Source: Rotaria socialis
Lineage: Eukaryota
Reading direction: 5' to 3'
Assembly: GCA_905331295.1 (NCBI GenBank)
Contig: CAJNYD010000048.1
Location: forward strand, 124,001-188,000
Length of the DNA: 64,000 nucleotides
In this document: positions 1-12,277 of the stretch, piece after piece
Layout of the letters: every line of letters starts with the position of its first letter
Position numbering within the stretch: the stretch's first letter is position 1
Made by a program: the position numbers and the translations under genes
The notes under the pieces: model-generated
Database searches by the model: none
Told to the model about the DNA's origin: nothing
The model's input: the letters and a program-made list of their open reading frames with translations, nothing else

Positions 1-3000
1 AGTGGCTTGATGTATGTGTAAGTCAGGGAAGAAAACTCCATACTGATATTTATGAACTGTGATATCTCATATTAAATTACGAATTATTAAAAAGAAAAAA
101 ATTATTTTCATACAACAAAGAAAACTGCTCCACTGTTTGTGTGCATATTGTTTTATATATTTTTTTTGTATCGATTATATGGAGCATATTGTTCAATAGT
201 ATATGAAATCACTAAACTGAGAAATAAATATTCAATATATAGCCATTTGCATCTTGTTTGCATTCATTTACTTCTTATCGGATATGGACTAAAATCATAT
301 TTTCTATTCAATACTTTGAATTTAAAGGAATAAAGGAATAATTGTAAAATTTGAATTACTCATTAAAAAAAGTTATTAATAATGAATATTTAGATAAATT
401 AGAAGTTAATTAAGTAAAATGTACAAATCATAAGTTGCTATATAGTTAAATTACACAGGACTAGCAACCATGGTCATTTACGATCGTACACGGAGAAGCA
501 CGACCATATAACGAGAAAAACCGATTATTTACTATACTTATACACGAAGTCTGTATATGATCTCCGTTTTGCTCCGTATTTTGTCGTAAATGGTCGACGA
601 TTGTAAAACTGAGTCATATATTACGTCCAAATACGATCGTATATGAAGACAAACGGAACGTATACAACCGTTCACAGCTCTGCGTATGAACTCTGGAAAC
701 CTCGACCTAGTTAGCCTTCCCAGGTCGAAAAATCTGACGCAAGATCTTATCAGATCTTACAATATGATTGCTCGACTTGGGTAGCGATAAATGTCGTAAA
801 ATCAATTTCTTGGACGAATATAGTCGTATAAAACTTGAAGCTATATCTAGAGTCACTTATGTTCCTACAGCTTAGAATCGATGATGCTTTGATAAGATCA
901 GTTACATCGGATTATAAAAAGTACTATCAATATTCTATGGTTTAATGAAAAATTATACCAGTACTCTGCAAGAAAAAAAGGAGCTCTGGAGAACCTTTTT
1001 TTCTAGAGAGTACATTGGGCCTATATCTCGAAAAATAAGTAGCCATGAGTTGGTTACTTAAATATGGGATTAAAGCCCTATCGAAGGAATACCAAAATCA
1101 TAATTTCCCTAGTGTATTGATTTGTCGTCTTATTCTCAAATTGAACGCATAGTGGCGCATGATGGAGTACTAGAATGATTAACAAAACTATAGTACTCTT
1201 TTGATAACTTGTAACTTTCAAAATTCGATCAAATGTTAATGAGATTACTATCGAAATGATAGTTTCAGTATGTGGTCTTGCTATTGATATATAATTCAAT
1301 AGGATTGATTGAGAAAAGTACTAGTTAGCCAATTTTACATATTATACTATCGCTTCCAATGTTTTGGTGATGACGCTCAACCAGTTATTTTAACATTTGA
1401 TCACGTGCTGCATAAGAATTATTAGATTTTAGAAATTGATTCGATAGTGTTATGTCCATACTGAAAGCGCAGCAAAGAAAACTTTCGTGTATTAATGGTC
1501 CTATAGAATATAAGTAGCGCCATGACAGAATCGAGTGACTGAGAAATATTAACATGGCTTAGTTCATATTTTAATATGTTAACTTCTCAGTTCGATCATA
1601 ATGTGATCGTCAAAAACTGCGCCTTTTCTGGCATAAGAAAGCTACTAAATGGTGTAGTACTGCATGAATTTTCAATTTCTTTCGCCGCAATACGTAGTAC
1701 CATTTTACGAGCTATGGTTTTCGCTACAAAATAGTCTTTGCTTCTCCTATATTTTGCCTTCATATTCTGCTATAACGAATCACGGCATAGCTTTTCAACA
1801 AGTGTTGCCATTTTTGACGTTATTGCAGCGTTTAAAGTCGGTTACCGTGTCGTTTATTTTCTTAGATCCGAGCTGTTCAACGTTCACCGGTTTAACTTTA
1901 ATCAAACTAGAAATTGAGAAGATAAAATATTTTATCGAGATCAATATTGTAAATACTTTTCTGATTATATTTTTCAATGTTACGTTTTTATTTTGGTTAC
2001 TAATATTTGTTGGGATAAAATGTACTATCAAATTGATCAATACTAACAACTACATAAAGAACGAATACTATATGCGTATATTGCAATGTAACGCTTGCTA
2101 GTTTTGTAAAGAGTACCAAGTAGGCGATTCTTTTATTACCTACAGACGAGAATGATGTTTATATTGACACGTTATAGTGGTCTAGCAAGCGATATGAGCG
2201 TGATGAAACAAGATCGCCATAGAATCTGAAATAACGTACTATCGCTTTATTTTACTCTGATTTCTAAATGTATTTCTCGCCAGTTTGTTGTGGGAATGAG
2301 AAAACTATACATGGCACTTCTAAATTAGCAACGATGAAATATCACGTTATTCAGCTACTTTCATTGTACGATCGTTTGGATATTAAAAGTCTTGACACTT
2401 TATGCACTTCTTCTTTTTCATTCTAAATATCATATACGTCAAACTTGAAACTTGAATTCAATTGAAAATTTCAATTTTCAATTTTCAACTTTTAAACCAA
2501 TAGCATTCGGAAGATTGAAAGCGAATGTTCACTGGTCAATTATAATGATCCACGTGTTCTATTCTCCTCTTTTCTCTATGTTAATTTCTGATTTATTCAG
2601 TGACTAAAACATGGCTGACAAAGACACATACTTTTTAACTGCAATTTCCAGTAGCTTTCACTCAAAAACAGATCCATGTGTGTTGAAGATACCATGATTG
2701 CATTTATTAGTGTATAATATACTGTAAGTTAAAACAGAAGTAAAATTCCCAGGGCTTTAGACGCAAGATTAAGGGAGACTTATTCTTCGCGATTTTCTTG
2801 TCTTGTTGACGTTTAACTTACGCACCACTACTGTCGAAATAATAAGTAACTGATCTGTTTAAAAAATATTCGTTCGTAGTGAATAGATTGATCTATCACA
2901 CTTCATTTTAAACTTTATATCAAAGTATAATGAGCCCGAAGGAGAAAGAAACGTTTTGAAACATTAAACAACATTATGATACAACACATGCAAGACATTT

Positions 3001-5362
3001 CGATAAATCAGTTATCTAACAAATTAGCATAAAAAATCCTTTTATAAGTCAATTTCAAAAGGGCTCATCCATAACTAACGCCTATATCCAATTAACTCCT
3101 TGATGCATTCAGAATGAATTTCCAGGGACTAATCACGGAGTGTACTTTTGAAAAAATTACTTCAAACGAAACAATATGACTTGAGTACTCTCTAAAACTG
3201 AATATTTCTTGAAATTATCAGACTCTATTATCTGAAATTTTATACAAGTCAACAGTATTGTTTTATCCATATTTATCATAAAAGGCTATTGCAACTTATC
3301 GTCATATAGTCTAATCAAATTTCTTTTCGCGATTGTTATAATTGTTTCATGTCGCTCGTAAGTATTATTTGATTAGATTAGCGTTGTACATCGACGTTGA
3401 CATTACTTCTGTATTTAGTTAATAAGCAGTACTTATTACAACATACATGAACAGTTAATTCAGTACCTTCATCGGATAAAAAGATACACGTAAATCACGC
3501 GAATTTATTTTTCATTTAGATAAAATAAAATGCGTATTCTTTTATTTTGATCATTGATAATTATTGAGCCGATACAAAACAGAAAATTTGTAGTTTTCAT
3601 TATTTTTACATTATGACTTATCGAAATGATCACGTACATATCTGATGATCGAAAATTATAAATTCCGTTATTTCTTTATCAACGAAAAAATTCAAACAAG
3701 ACTTAGAGCGGTTGTATCATTAGCTTTCATGATCAGTTCAAAATGTGCACGGTCAAGTAGTACACGAATATTTGCTTTGAAAAACAACATTATCATAACA
3801 CTTTACTGACGACGAAGCAATGTCAACGATTTTGTGGACAAAAATATTGACACAAATTTAATCTTGTTTGACGAGCCGATTTCCATTTTAAATATATTGA
3901 AAGCATCTCTAGATTTTGCAATAAATTAATTTCCATCAGAAAGATTCATGTGCGAAAAAATCTATGAACATCTTGTATATTCATGATTAGAAAAGAGATT
4001 GCTATTCAATCAATAGCTTGAATGGATAGACTAAATATTCAGTTTGCTATAGAAATATTTCAAATGAAGATTACTCAAATAAAGCGAATAGCCTCCAACC
4101 TGTTATAAATTTTTAAAAAAAGGTTTGCATTTAGATTTTTTCATTTATTAACAAACAATCAATCATCGTTCTTCGTAGCCACCTATTTAAAATTACCAAT
4201 CAGTAAAATTTGAATGTTGACAACATGTTTTCTAACTTCATTAAAATGCGAACTCTATTGAACCAAGTACTAAGTATGTTGGTAACATGTCACTCAATAC
4301 TATACTTATTCAAATATTTTGTCACGTTTATTTATAGGCAAAGAAACTTAAGCATTAACTATGAATCGATCTACAATTAAGTAAGAAACACATCCTTCTT
4401 CTATAGTGTATATTTACGATTTTGTTTCAAGCAAAAAAAGATAAAACATCGCTTCATTCAATGTTGCCATGCTCTTAATCGCATAACAGACAAACAAATC
4501 GTGATTTCAATACAGACGAATGAACTTCATCGAGCAGTATTAGTAACACTATCCTTTCTGTTCTCGTTCCTAAGTTCTGACGATGCGTTACTTATTAAAA
4601 GAATAAAGTTTGTTCTTGGCATTACTTTGAGAATTCATCTACCTAAGAATATATACATATATATATTTTTTTAATTCATGCTGAACAAAGATTCTTTTAA
4701 TAATAAAACTCAAACGATTAGAAATAGCAAGAGAACTACTATATTAAAATAGATATGCGGCTTAACATTATAATAAGTCGGTCGCTGAATAAAAAATAGA
4801 CAATCAATGTAATCCATTCGTAATAAAAAAAAAAGAAAAGGAAATTAATATGAAGTGCAAACTAAAACGAAAAGCGAGAAGCAAACACCTTGTGCTTAAT
4901 GAAACATAATCCACTATATTGGAATTATAATTGATGAAAAAAAATGATATGTTATAAGTCTTCTATTTCAAGAATAGCGACATCTAAAGCCAAGCGAGAA
5001 ACACATAGAGGACATGATTCATCGAGTATGATATGTTCGTTCAATGATATATATATATAGTCAGCTTGTTCTCTCATCAATTCTCTTCTTTCACATATTT
5101 ATTGCTTGTTCACATATCCAAAACGACTCACCGCCGGTAGTCAGTCATCTTAACATCATATTCACTTCTTTAGTTCACGTTAACTGAACAAATAAGCAAT
5201 CGTCGTCTACGTATGCGTCTACCTTATTCTTCTCTATTGCCTTGTTGCTATAGTCGAATTAGTCGTCGCATTATAATGTTTGTGTATGAGTACGTAGACA
5301 GTCTCTCATTGTCCTTTTTAGATCTCATTTGCGACTCGTCGTGTATATTATATTATTCGACG

Positions 5363-8300
5363 ATGTCATCAACGAACGGAACAAGTGCATTACGAGTTAA
5401 TGTGGCACTATCCGAACGTGACACTGTTAAACTTATACTCGATTTTTTTCAACAACGTGAACTTTATATTAGTATGCTTGATATCGAACGCGAGACAGGT
5501 AAGTTTTTTAAATAAAAAGCAATTATTTGATTTCAATCAATTGTCATATATATATATATAAATCTGTTTTTTCTCATCTTAATAATAGGCATTATAAATG
5601 GATCGTTTTCTGAAGATATACTTTTCTTACGGCAACTAATTTTAGATGGTCAATGGGATGATGTTATCGATTTTGTTCAACCATTAAAAACAATTGACTC
5701 ATTTGATGCTAAACATTTTATTTATATTGTACTTAAATATCAATTTCTTGAATTATTATGTTTAAAAACAGAAGCACAAATTGAAAATGATTTATCTGTT
5801 GAACAAATTGTTAAGTAAGATACTCTATTGTGTTTCTAACGAATCAAAAAAATAATAATTATTGTTGTTTTTCTCTTTTTTTCTGTTAGATTTCTTAATG
5901 ATTTAAGACCGTTTGCACCCAACGAACAAGAATACAAAAAATTATCATTTTTACTTACACTTAAACGTTTACAAGATCATACTGATTATAGAAATTGGAA
6001 TCCAAGTGCTGGACGTGTACAATGTTTTCAAGAAGTATTTCCACTTGTTCATCGATTTTTACAAGTAAATTATTTCGAATAGTTATTTGAAAAGATTGTT
6101 TATTTTTTTCTAATCCCTCTATGCAACAAGCGTGTAAATGACATATTGTTAATCCCTATTTTATTTTTCTTAGGTGGATAAACAACCAGTTCCTGTTGCA
6201 CAAGGCGATCGTCTTATTCAATTACTTGTCAAAGGTTTACTCTATGAATCATGCGTTGAACATTGCCAAGCGCGTGCTACAAGTACTGATGAAACAATTG
6301 ATTTGTCTGATCCAAATAGTTTATTAGCAACTACACGTTTATCCGATACAGATGTTTCCCTTCTTTCATGGCTTCATGCATTGCCAACGGAAACATTTTC
6401 GTGTCCATTCGAACAAAAATCGTTAACATTAAATATCGATAAATTTCAAAAACCAATTCTCGAAGCAACATGGGCTGAACATGTTCTTAGTACGCCATTT
6501 AAACCACAAACAATGTTTCCATTTAATGCAACACCAACTGGTAAACCACGTTCAACTGAATTGATGTCGCGTTCATTAGCACCACAATATGATGGTTTAT
6601 CTTATGGTCTTATACGTTCACAAATCTTCGGAGATTATAATCGAAATTTTGTTAATGATATGAGTCGTTCGTTGGCAATTTGTAATTTAAAAGATAATGG
6701 AAATATAAATACAGTACCAGTAACACCATTACCAACTGTAGAAGAAGTTCTTCAAGAAGACACACCTTCATTATCAACACCACCACCACCACGTACAATG
6801 TCACCAGCAGCTAATATTATATCTCCACAAATAACTCATCGAGTACAATCACCAAAACGAAGTGTTATTGGGCCACAATTTTCAAGTAATACTGTATCAT
6901 CGTCATCAAATGACACTATAGGACAACAATATTTTTCATCAATGAAATCTGCTGGCGAACCTGGTCAAGTGAACAATAGTCACGCATTTAAACAAACAAA
7001 TGGTGCAAGGATGAATGAAAATGGAAATCGATCACCAAATTCAACTAAAAAATCATTACAGTAATGCATAGATTTTTTAATTTTATAATTTATTAAGAAA
7101 TCATTGTTCCTTAGAAGTGTAAGCCAACAACAATCAGATCCATCAACTGATCGTTTACTGAAAGTAAATAAATATTGAATCGGTTTTTATCTAAAAAAAT
7201 TCGGTTTCTGTTTAAAAGGAATATCAAAAAAGTCGTGCAGAAAATATTCGACAATTCGACGAACAAGAAATACGAAAAAATGAATTACAAAAACAACTTT
7301 GTAAGTTTAAAATCAATTGTTTCTGATATTCTATCAGTTATCTTTCTTTTTTCCTCCAGCATCATCTTCTACTAATCCAAAAATACGAGGAATCAATGAC
7401 GTAACTAAATATGATTCTCTTGAAGTAGATATATAGATCTTTCGTTATCAATTTAAATTTTCAAAAAAATCTTTTACATAGGATATCGCTCGTTCTCCAG
7501 CATTTATCCCGTTAGCATCCGTTGAAGATGTTCAAGCTATACGTGCTATTGATATACATCCAAGTGGAAAATATTTTGCTGTTGGCTCAAATTCAAAAAC
7601 ACTTCGTATTTGTGGATATCCTGATACGAAAAATATTCGTGCAGACTCTGTAACACAACCAGCGAAAGTTTTCTATAAGAAAGGCAAACATCATCTGGGT
7701 AGTATTTATTGCGTAGCATGGTCACCAAGTGGTCGAATTATTGCAACCGGATCTAATGATAAAATAATTAAACTTGTTCGAGTTGATATGGATAGATTTG
7801 ACGATGAACAAAATTGTAAGTAGTAATCGGTTTGCCGAGGAATAAATTATGGAAAACAAAAAAAAAACATAATCTTTTATAGATCCAGAAATTGAATTAA
7901 CACACCATAATGGAACTATTCGTGATGTTATTTTTATGCATGATAATTTAAAAGATGATTCAATTTTATTAAGTGGTGGCGCTGGAGATTGTAAAGTCTA
8001 TGTTACTGATGTGAGAAAACAAACAACTATTAAGAGTTTCAGTGGTCATCAAGGTAAAACAAAATTCATCGAACTTGTCTTTTGAGATCATATTTTTTAC
8101 AATCTTCGCTTAATCTCTAAATTGAGAGTAAATGTGTATGTATTATACGTTTTAATTCTGCAGAGATCCTATTTGTTTTATCGAAACCAATGACATTCAA
8201 CGTATGTCATATCTAAGATTCGAGCAATGTTGACAGATGATAACGCTAAACGATGATAGCATCAACAGTAAGTGATATATTATACGACTAAATTATATAC

Positions 8301-9144
8301 ATATATATATATATATCATCCAGGCAAGATATGATCGACGAACTCAGAAAGAATTTTATCCTTATCATTACTTATAGAAACAAGCAAATAGTGTTTGCTT
8401 GAAATAAACTTCTCAATCATTTGTACATTTTTCAAAAAATATTTTAGGTCACATTTATTCATTGTTTCCATGGGATGCATGTAGTTTTGTATCGGGTAGT
8501 CAAGATGGTACATCACGTTTATGGGATATTCGCCAACCGAATTGTGTTAATGTTATTGCACCTCGTCCTTCAAGTAAAAATAAATATAGAAAAAAGAATG
8601 AATTCGTTTTTATTTACTTTCTTTCAATATAATAGATAGTGCAGTTTCAGCAGTAGCTGTTGATAATTCTGGTCAATTATTAGCAGCCGGTTATGAAGAT
8701 GCTTCATGTTTACTTTATGATCTACGTGGAAAACGTACTGTGCAAGCGTATCAGCCACATTCAAATGAAATACGAAGTGTTCGGTTTTCTGTACATTCAT
8801 ATTATTTACTTACTGCGTCATACGATAAAAAAGTTGTTATGACTAATTTAAGTGGTAAGAAAACGTCAAGTTATTTAAATGCTTTCTTTTATTTAATCTT
8901 TGTTTAAAGGTGATCTTACAAAGCCATTGGTTTTATCCAGTGTTGCTGCACATACCGATAAAATTATTCAAGCTCGATGGTATGCGAAACTTTGATTTTT
9001 TGTTTAGGTATTGAATAAAATTTGATTTTTAAAAATTTCAGGCACCCAAATGAAATATCATTTGCTACGACGAGTGCTGATCGTACATGTTTAATTTGGG
9101 CCCCACCTCTTTCTGCTTTGTCAGCGCTTGCGCAGTCACCATAA
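5363..9144 (+). CDS. WDR47: WD repeat-containing protein 47 (LisH/CTLH N-terminus, S/P-rich linker, C-terminal WD40 propeller); multi-exon
   Basis: ATG at 5363 gives MSSTNGTSALRVNVALSERDTVKLILDFFQQRELYISMLDIERETG. Later exons read LFLRQLILDGQWDDVIDFVQPL, DRLIQLLVKGLLYESCVEHCQ and MSRSL, then WD repeats (AVGSNSKTLRIC, HHLGSIYCVAWSPSGRIIATGSNDK, WHPNEISFATTSADRTCLIW). Stop TAA at 9142-9144. GT-AG introns throughout. Confidence 0.93.
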
Positions 9145-9521
9145 ACGATACTAAAATCTACTGAATAAAAATTTGATTATTTGATCTCATTTTCATTTTT
9201 AGTCTTTTCTCTTCTTTCCTGTTTTTCTTGTAATTTTTTGTTCGAACAAAAAAACAAAAGAATTTGCATCAGTTTTTCTTTATCTCTTGATCTACAAATA
9301 TTGATGCATTTTATTGTTTGCGATTTTCATCTAGTATTAGTGTGGCTGTTCTTCAGAAGCCGAAGATTTGGCTTCGTTTTTTTTCTTGAAAACAATGCGC
9401 AAATGTGCCGATAAAAATTTATTTGTTTTATTCAATTGATGTATATTTTTTTCTTCCTCGTTTGAAATAAAAATAAAATAAATTATATAATAAATGTAGT
9501 ATTTCGATTTGTTTTTTATGG

Positions 9522-9746
9522 CTACGCCTGTGATGATGATAATCGATCGAGTAAGCGTAGTTTTGTTAGAATAGATCGACTAAAATCTGTATTTAATTCC
9601 CATAGGTTTTCTTCAGTTATTTGAATATCAGATTTTTTTTCATCGATTTGGATTTTTAATTTTTTCACTCGATGCGAAAGAAATAAAGTGCCAACTAGAC
9701 AGGCTATGGTTAGTGATGAAAGTGTCAAATCTATCATAGATGGCAT
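9522..9746 (-). CDS. Putative small single-pass membrane protein (74 aa), unknown function
   Basis: ATG-initiated ORF with an N-terminal hydrophobic segment (LTLSSLTIACLVGTLFL), then a basic patch and a charged helical tail. Candidate 5'-UTR intron donor AG|GTAAAT on the minus strand near 9862. Confidence 0.5.
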   Translation of the reverse strand: MPSMIDLTLSSLTIACLVGTLFLSHRVKKLKIQIDEKKSDIQITEENLWELNTDFSRSILTKLRLLDRLSSSQA

Positions 9747-10059
9747 TTTTGATCATAGGAAAAATTAATCATCGCGCCTTTTCATCAGATAGATTTCATT
9801 TTCTTTTTCAATTAAAATATTTCATTTGATAAAATATGGAAGTTATAAAAGATGAAATTTACCTTCTGAAAGATTCTAGACTGCTGTTTTAAGCTGAAAC
9901 TGATTTCTTGTTCTTGCAAAATTATCGCTCATTGAACATCGGAAACACTAAATACTGTAACCACCATCAAATATGCAAAGTCTATAGTGCTACTATTCAA
10001 AGCTACTCGAAGTTTTGAATGTAATAAAGTAGCATGTTTCTTTTTTTGCTAAATTCCAG

Positions 10060-10914
10060 ATGCCACTTCTATACTATTATGATTTAATGTCACAGCCCTG
10101 TCGGGCTTTGTACATTTTTCTTAAAATAACTGGTATTCCATTTGAAGAAAAACAAATTGCATTACGAAAACTGGAACATATGACTGATGAATATGCTCAA
10201 ATAAATCCATTTAAAAAAGTGCCAGTTATTGATGATTCTGGTTTTATTCTGACCGAAAGGTAAAAACAAATAATTCGGATTTTTCTCATCAAATTTTTCT
10301 CATTGATTTAGTGTGGCAATTTTCATGTATCTCTGTGATAAATACAAAATAAATAATTGGTTTCCAACAGATTTAAAAGAACGAGCACGTGTTAACGAAT
10401 ATGCCAATTGGCAACATTTTAATTTACGTGCTACAGGATCCATGCTTTTTCTTACGAAAGTAAACGTCAACATTTTCTGCTTCGTAAAATCGAGAGAACT
10501 GTATTCAACTTTCATTTAGATCATTACACCTCGCATGACAAACAAGCCACCAGATGAACGCGAATTAGAAAAATGTCATCACCGATGGCAAGTATCAATA
10601 AATGGTCTTGAATCTGTTTGGTTGGCTCGATCATCTTATTTAGGTGGTGATCATTTAACCTTTGCTGATTTACTTGGTAAATTTGCATTTATCAAAAATA
10701 AAATTGACAATATAATGATCGTTCGTATTTAGGTATTTGTGAACTGATGCAACCGATTGCTGCAGGCTACGAGCTTGATGAAGAAAAATTCCCTCGTGTT
10801 CGCGATTGGATGGAAAGAGTTAAAAGAGAAACACAACCATTTTTTAATCAAGCGCACGCTGTGCCTATGCGTCTGAGAGATACATTATTGAAACATGACA
10901 AACCTAAACTTTAA
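10060..10914 (+). CDS. Glutathione S-transferase, theta class; 4 exons
   Basis: YYYDLMSQPCRALYIF (catalytic Ser motif SQPCR), INPFKKVPVIDDSGFILTES, ERARVNEYANWQHFNLR, YLGGDHLTFADL, FPRVRDWMERVK. Stop at 10912-10914. Confidence 0.93.
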
Positions 10915-11952
10915 AAAGGACAAAACCACAATTTAATTTATGTGATTTATTCTACTGCTTTTTTTGCATTATGTGATTTTAATGTCTTCCTTGATTTTAT
11001 GATTCAATAAAAAAAAAAGGTATCGATAGGAAAGATTAAATCATTGAAATGGAAAAAATCCAAAGGATTCATCAAGTGTTGCTTCCTTTTCGAAAGAAAA
11101 CAAATGTTTTACGATCGATCAATCTCGTTCGAGAAAGAAAAAGAAAGCAAAATGATATTCAAATTTTCCATTTGAATATAAATATCTTTCGAGGTCAAAT
11201 CATTAGAAATCTACTAAACGACGAGAATAGATTTTTCTTTTCTAGTTGTACGATGTATTAAGATTTAAAGCAAATGGTTATATTCTACAATTAAACTCTT
11301 TCAAGCATTCTTCAATGGTGTACTAGTTGCTTTTGTATTCATTATTCGTAAAGCTTTTCTTTTTGACACATCTCTTCTCGCGTTCGCCTTGTTTATGCGA
11401 TAGAACGACGAGCGATGGACATAATTGCGATTTGATTTCTTCGATCGTTGTGCTTAGTAAGCATATACAACACAGTACGGTATGCAAATGGGCTGCTATA
11501 TGAGAGTGTTTATAGGGCCAATAGTAGAAAGAAATATGTATATATATATACATACATACATACATATATTAATTGTTGCCAAACATATGTTTCTAAAGCA
11601 CAGAATAGACTCTCAAAAAAAAAAGAAAAAAAGTGTCTCCTTTAATATCTGATAATCATCATAAAACAAAATAAGGAACAAATGATTGATGAATAGTTAT
11701 TAACGTTTGAAAAGATGGAATATTCTAAAAATTTGCATAATTTGAATAATAGTCTCGTAGGAAGACACTAAAAAGCATTTTATCTTGTTTTTCTATCTCA
11801 ACGGAAAAGATTTGGAACGAATAGAAATTCTTAGTGTATCCAACCAATGAAAAATCGATCCGTTCTATAAGTTGATATGAGGAGAGGAAAAAAAAAGAAA
11901 TGATATCCATTAAGAAAAAAAAGAAAAGGAAAAGGTAGGGCAGAAAGAGAAG

Positions 11953-11957
<5 letters not shown>

Positions 11958-11986
<29 letters not shown>
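11958..11986. repeat. (AG)n microsatellite upstream of NKX6; further (CT)n, (CA)n and (ATTC)n tracts lie in NKX6 intron 1
   Basis: Directly visible dinucleotide run. Confidence 0.9.
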
Positions 11987-11990
<4 letters not shown>

Positions 11991-12277
11991 AAGAACAAAT
12001 CGAATTATCTATCGAAAAGCGATTCACACATATAGAGACGCACACACATCATACACATCGTCAAAAGAGACGCGACGACAAGAAACACTTGATTAATTGT
12101 TCGAACGGAAATATAATCATAAATATATTTCTCTCTTCTCTCTTCTCGTCTAAGTATTAAAAACTAATAACACATCGCTTAAAGATAAAGAGACAATATT
12201 CGAGTATTTTATTTTGTGGTAAGTCAATATCATTATATTATTAAAAAAATATAAGGTCTAGTTTTATTTTGTATAGC

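Noticed and set aside
1664..2101. 145-aa ORF (and overlapping minus-strand 84-aa ORF)
   Set aside because: F/I/L/N-rich composition typical of chance AT-rich ORFs; no recognisable domain or splice structure.
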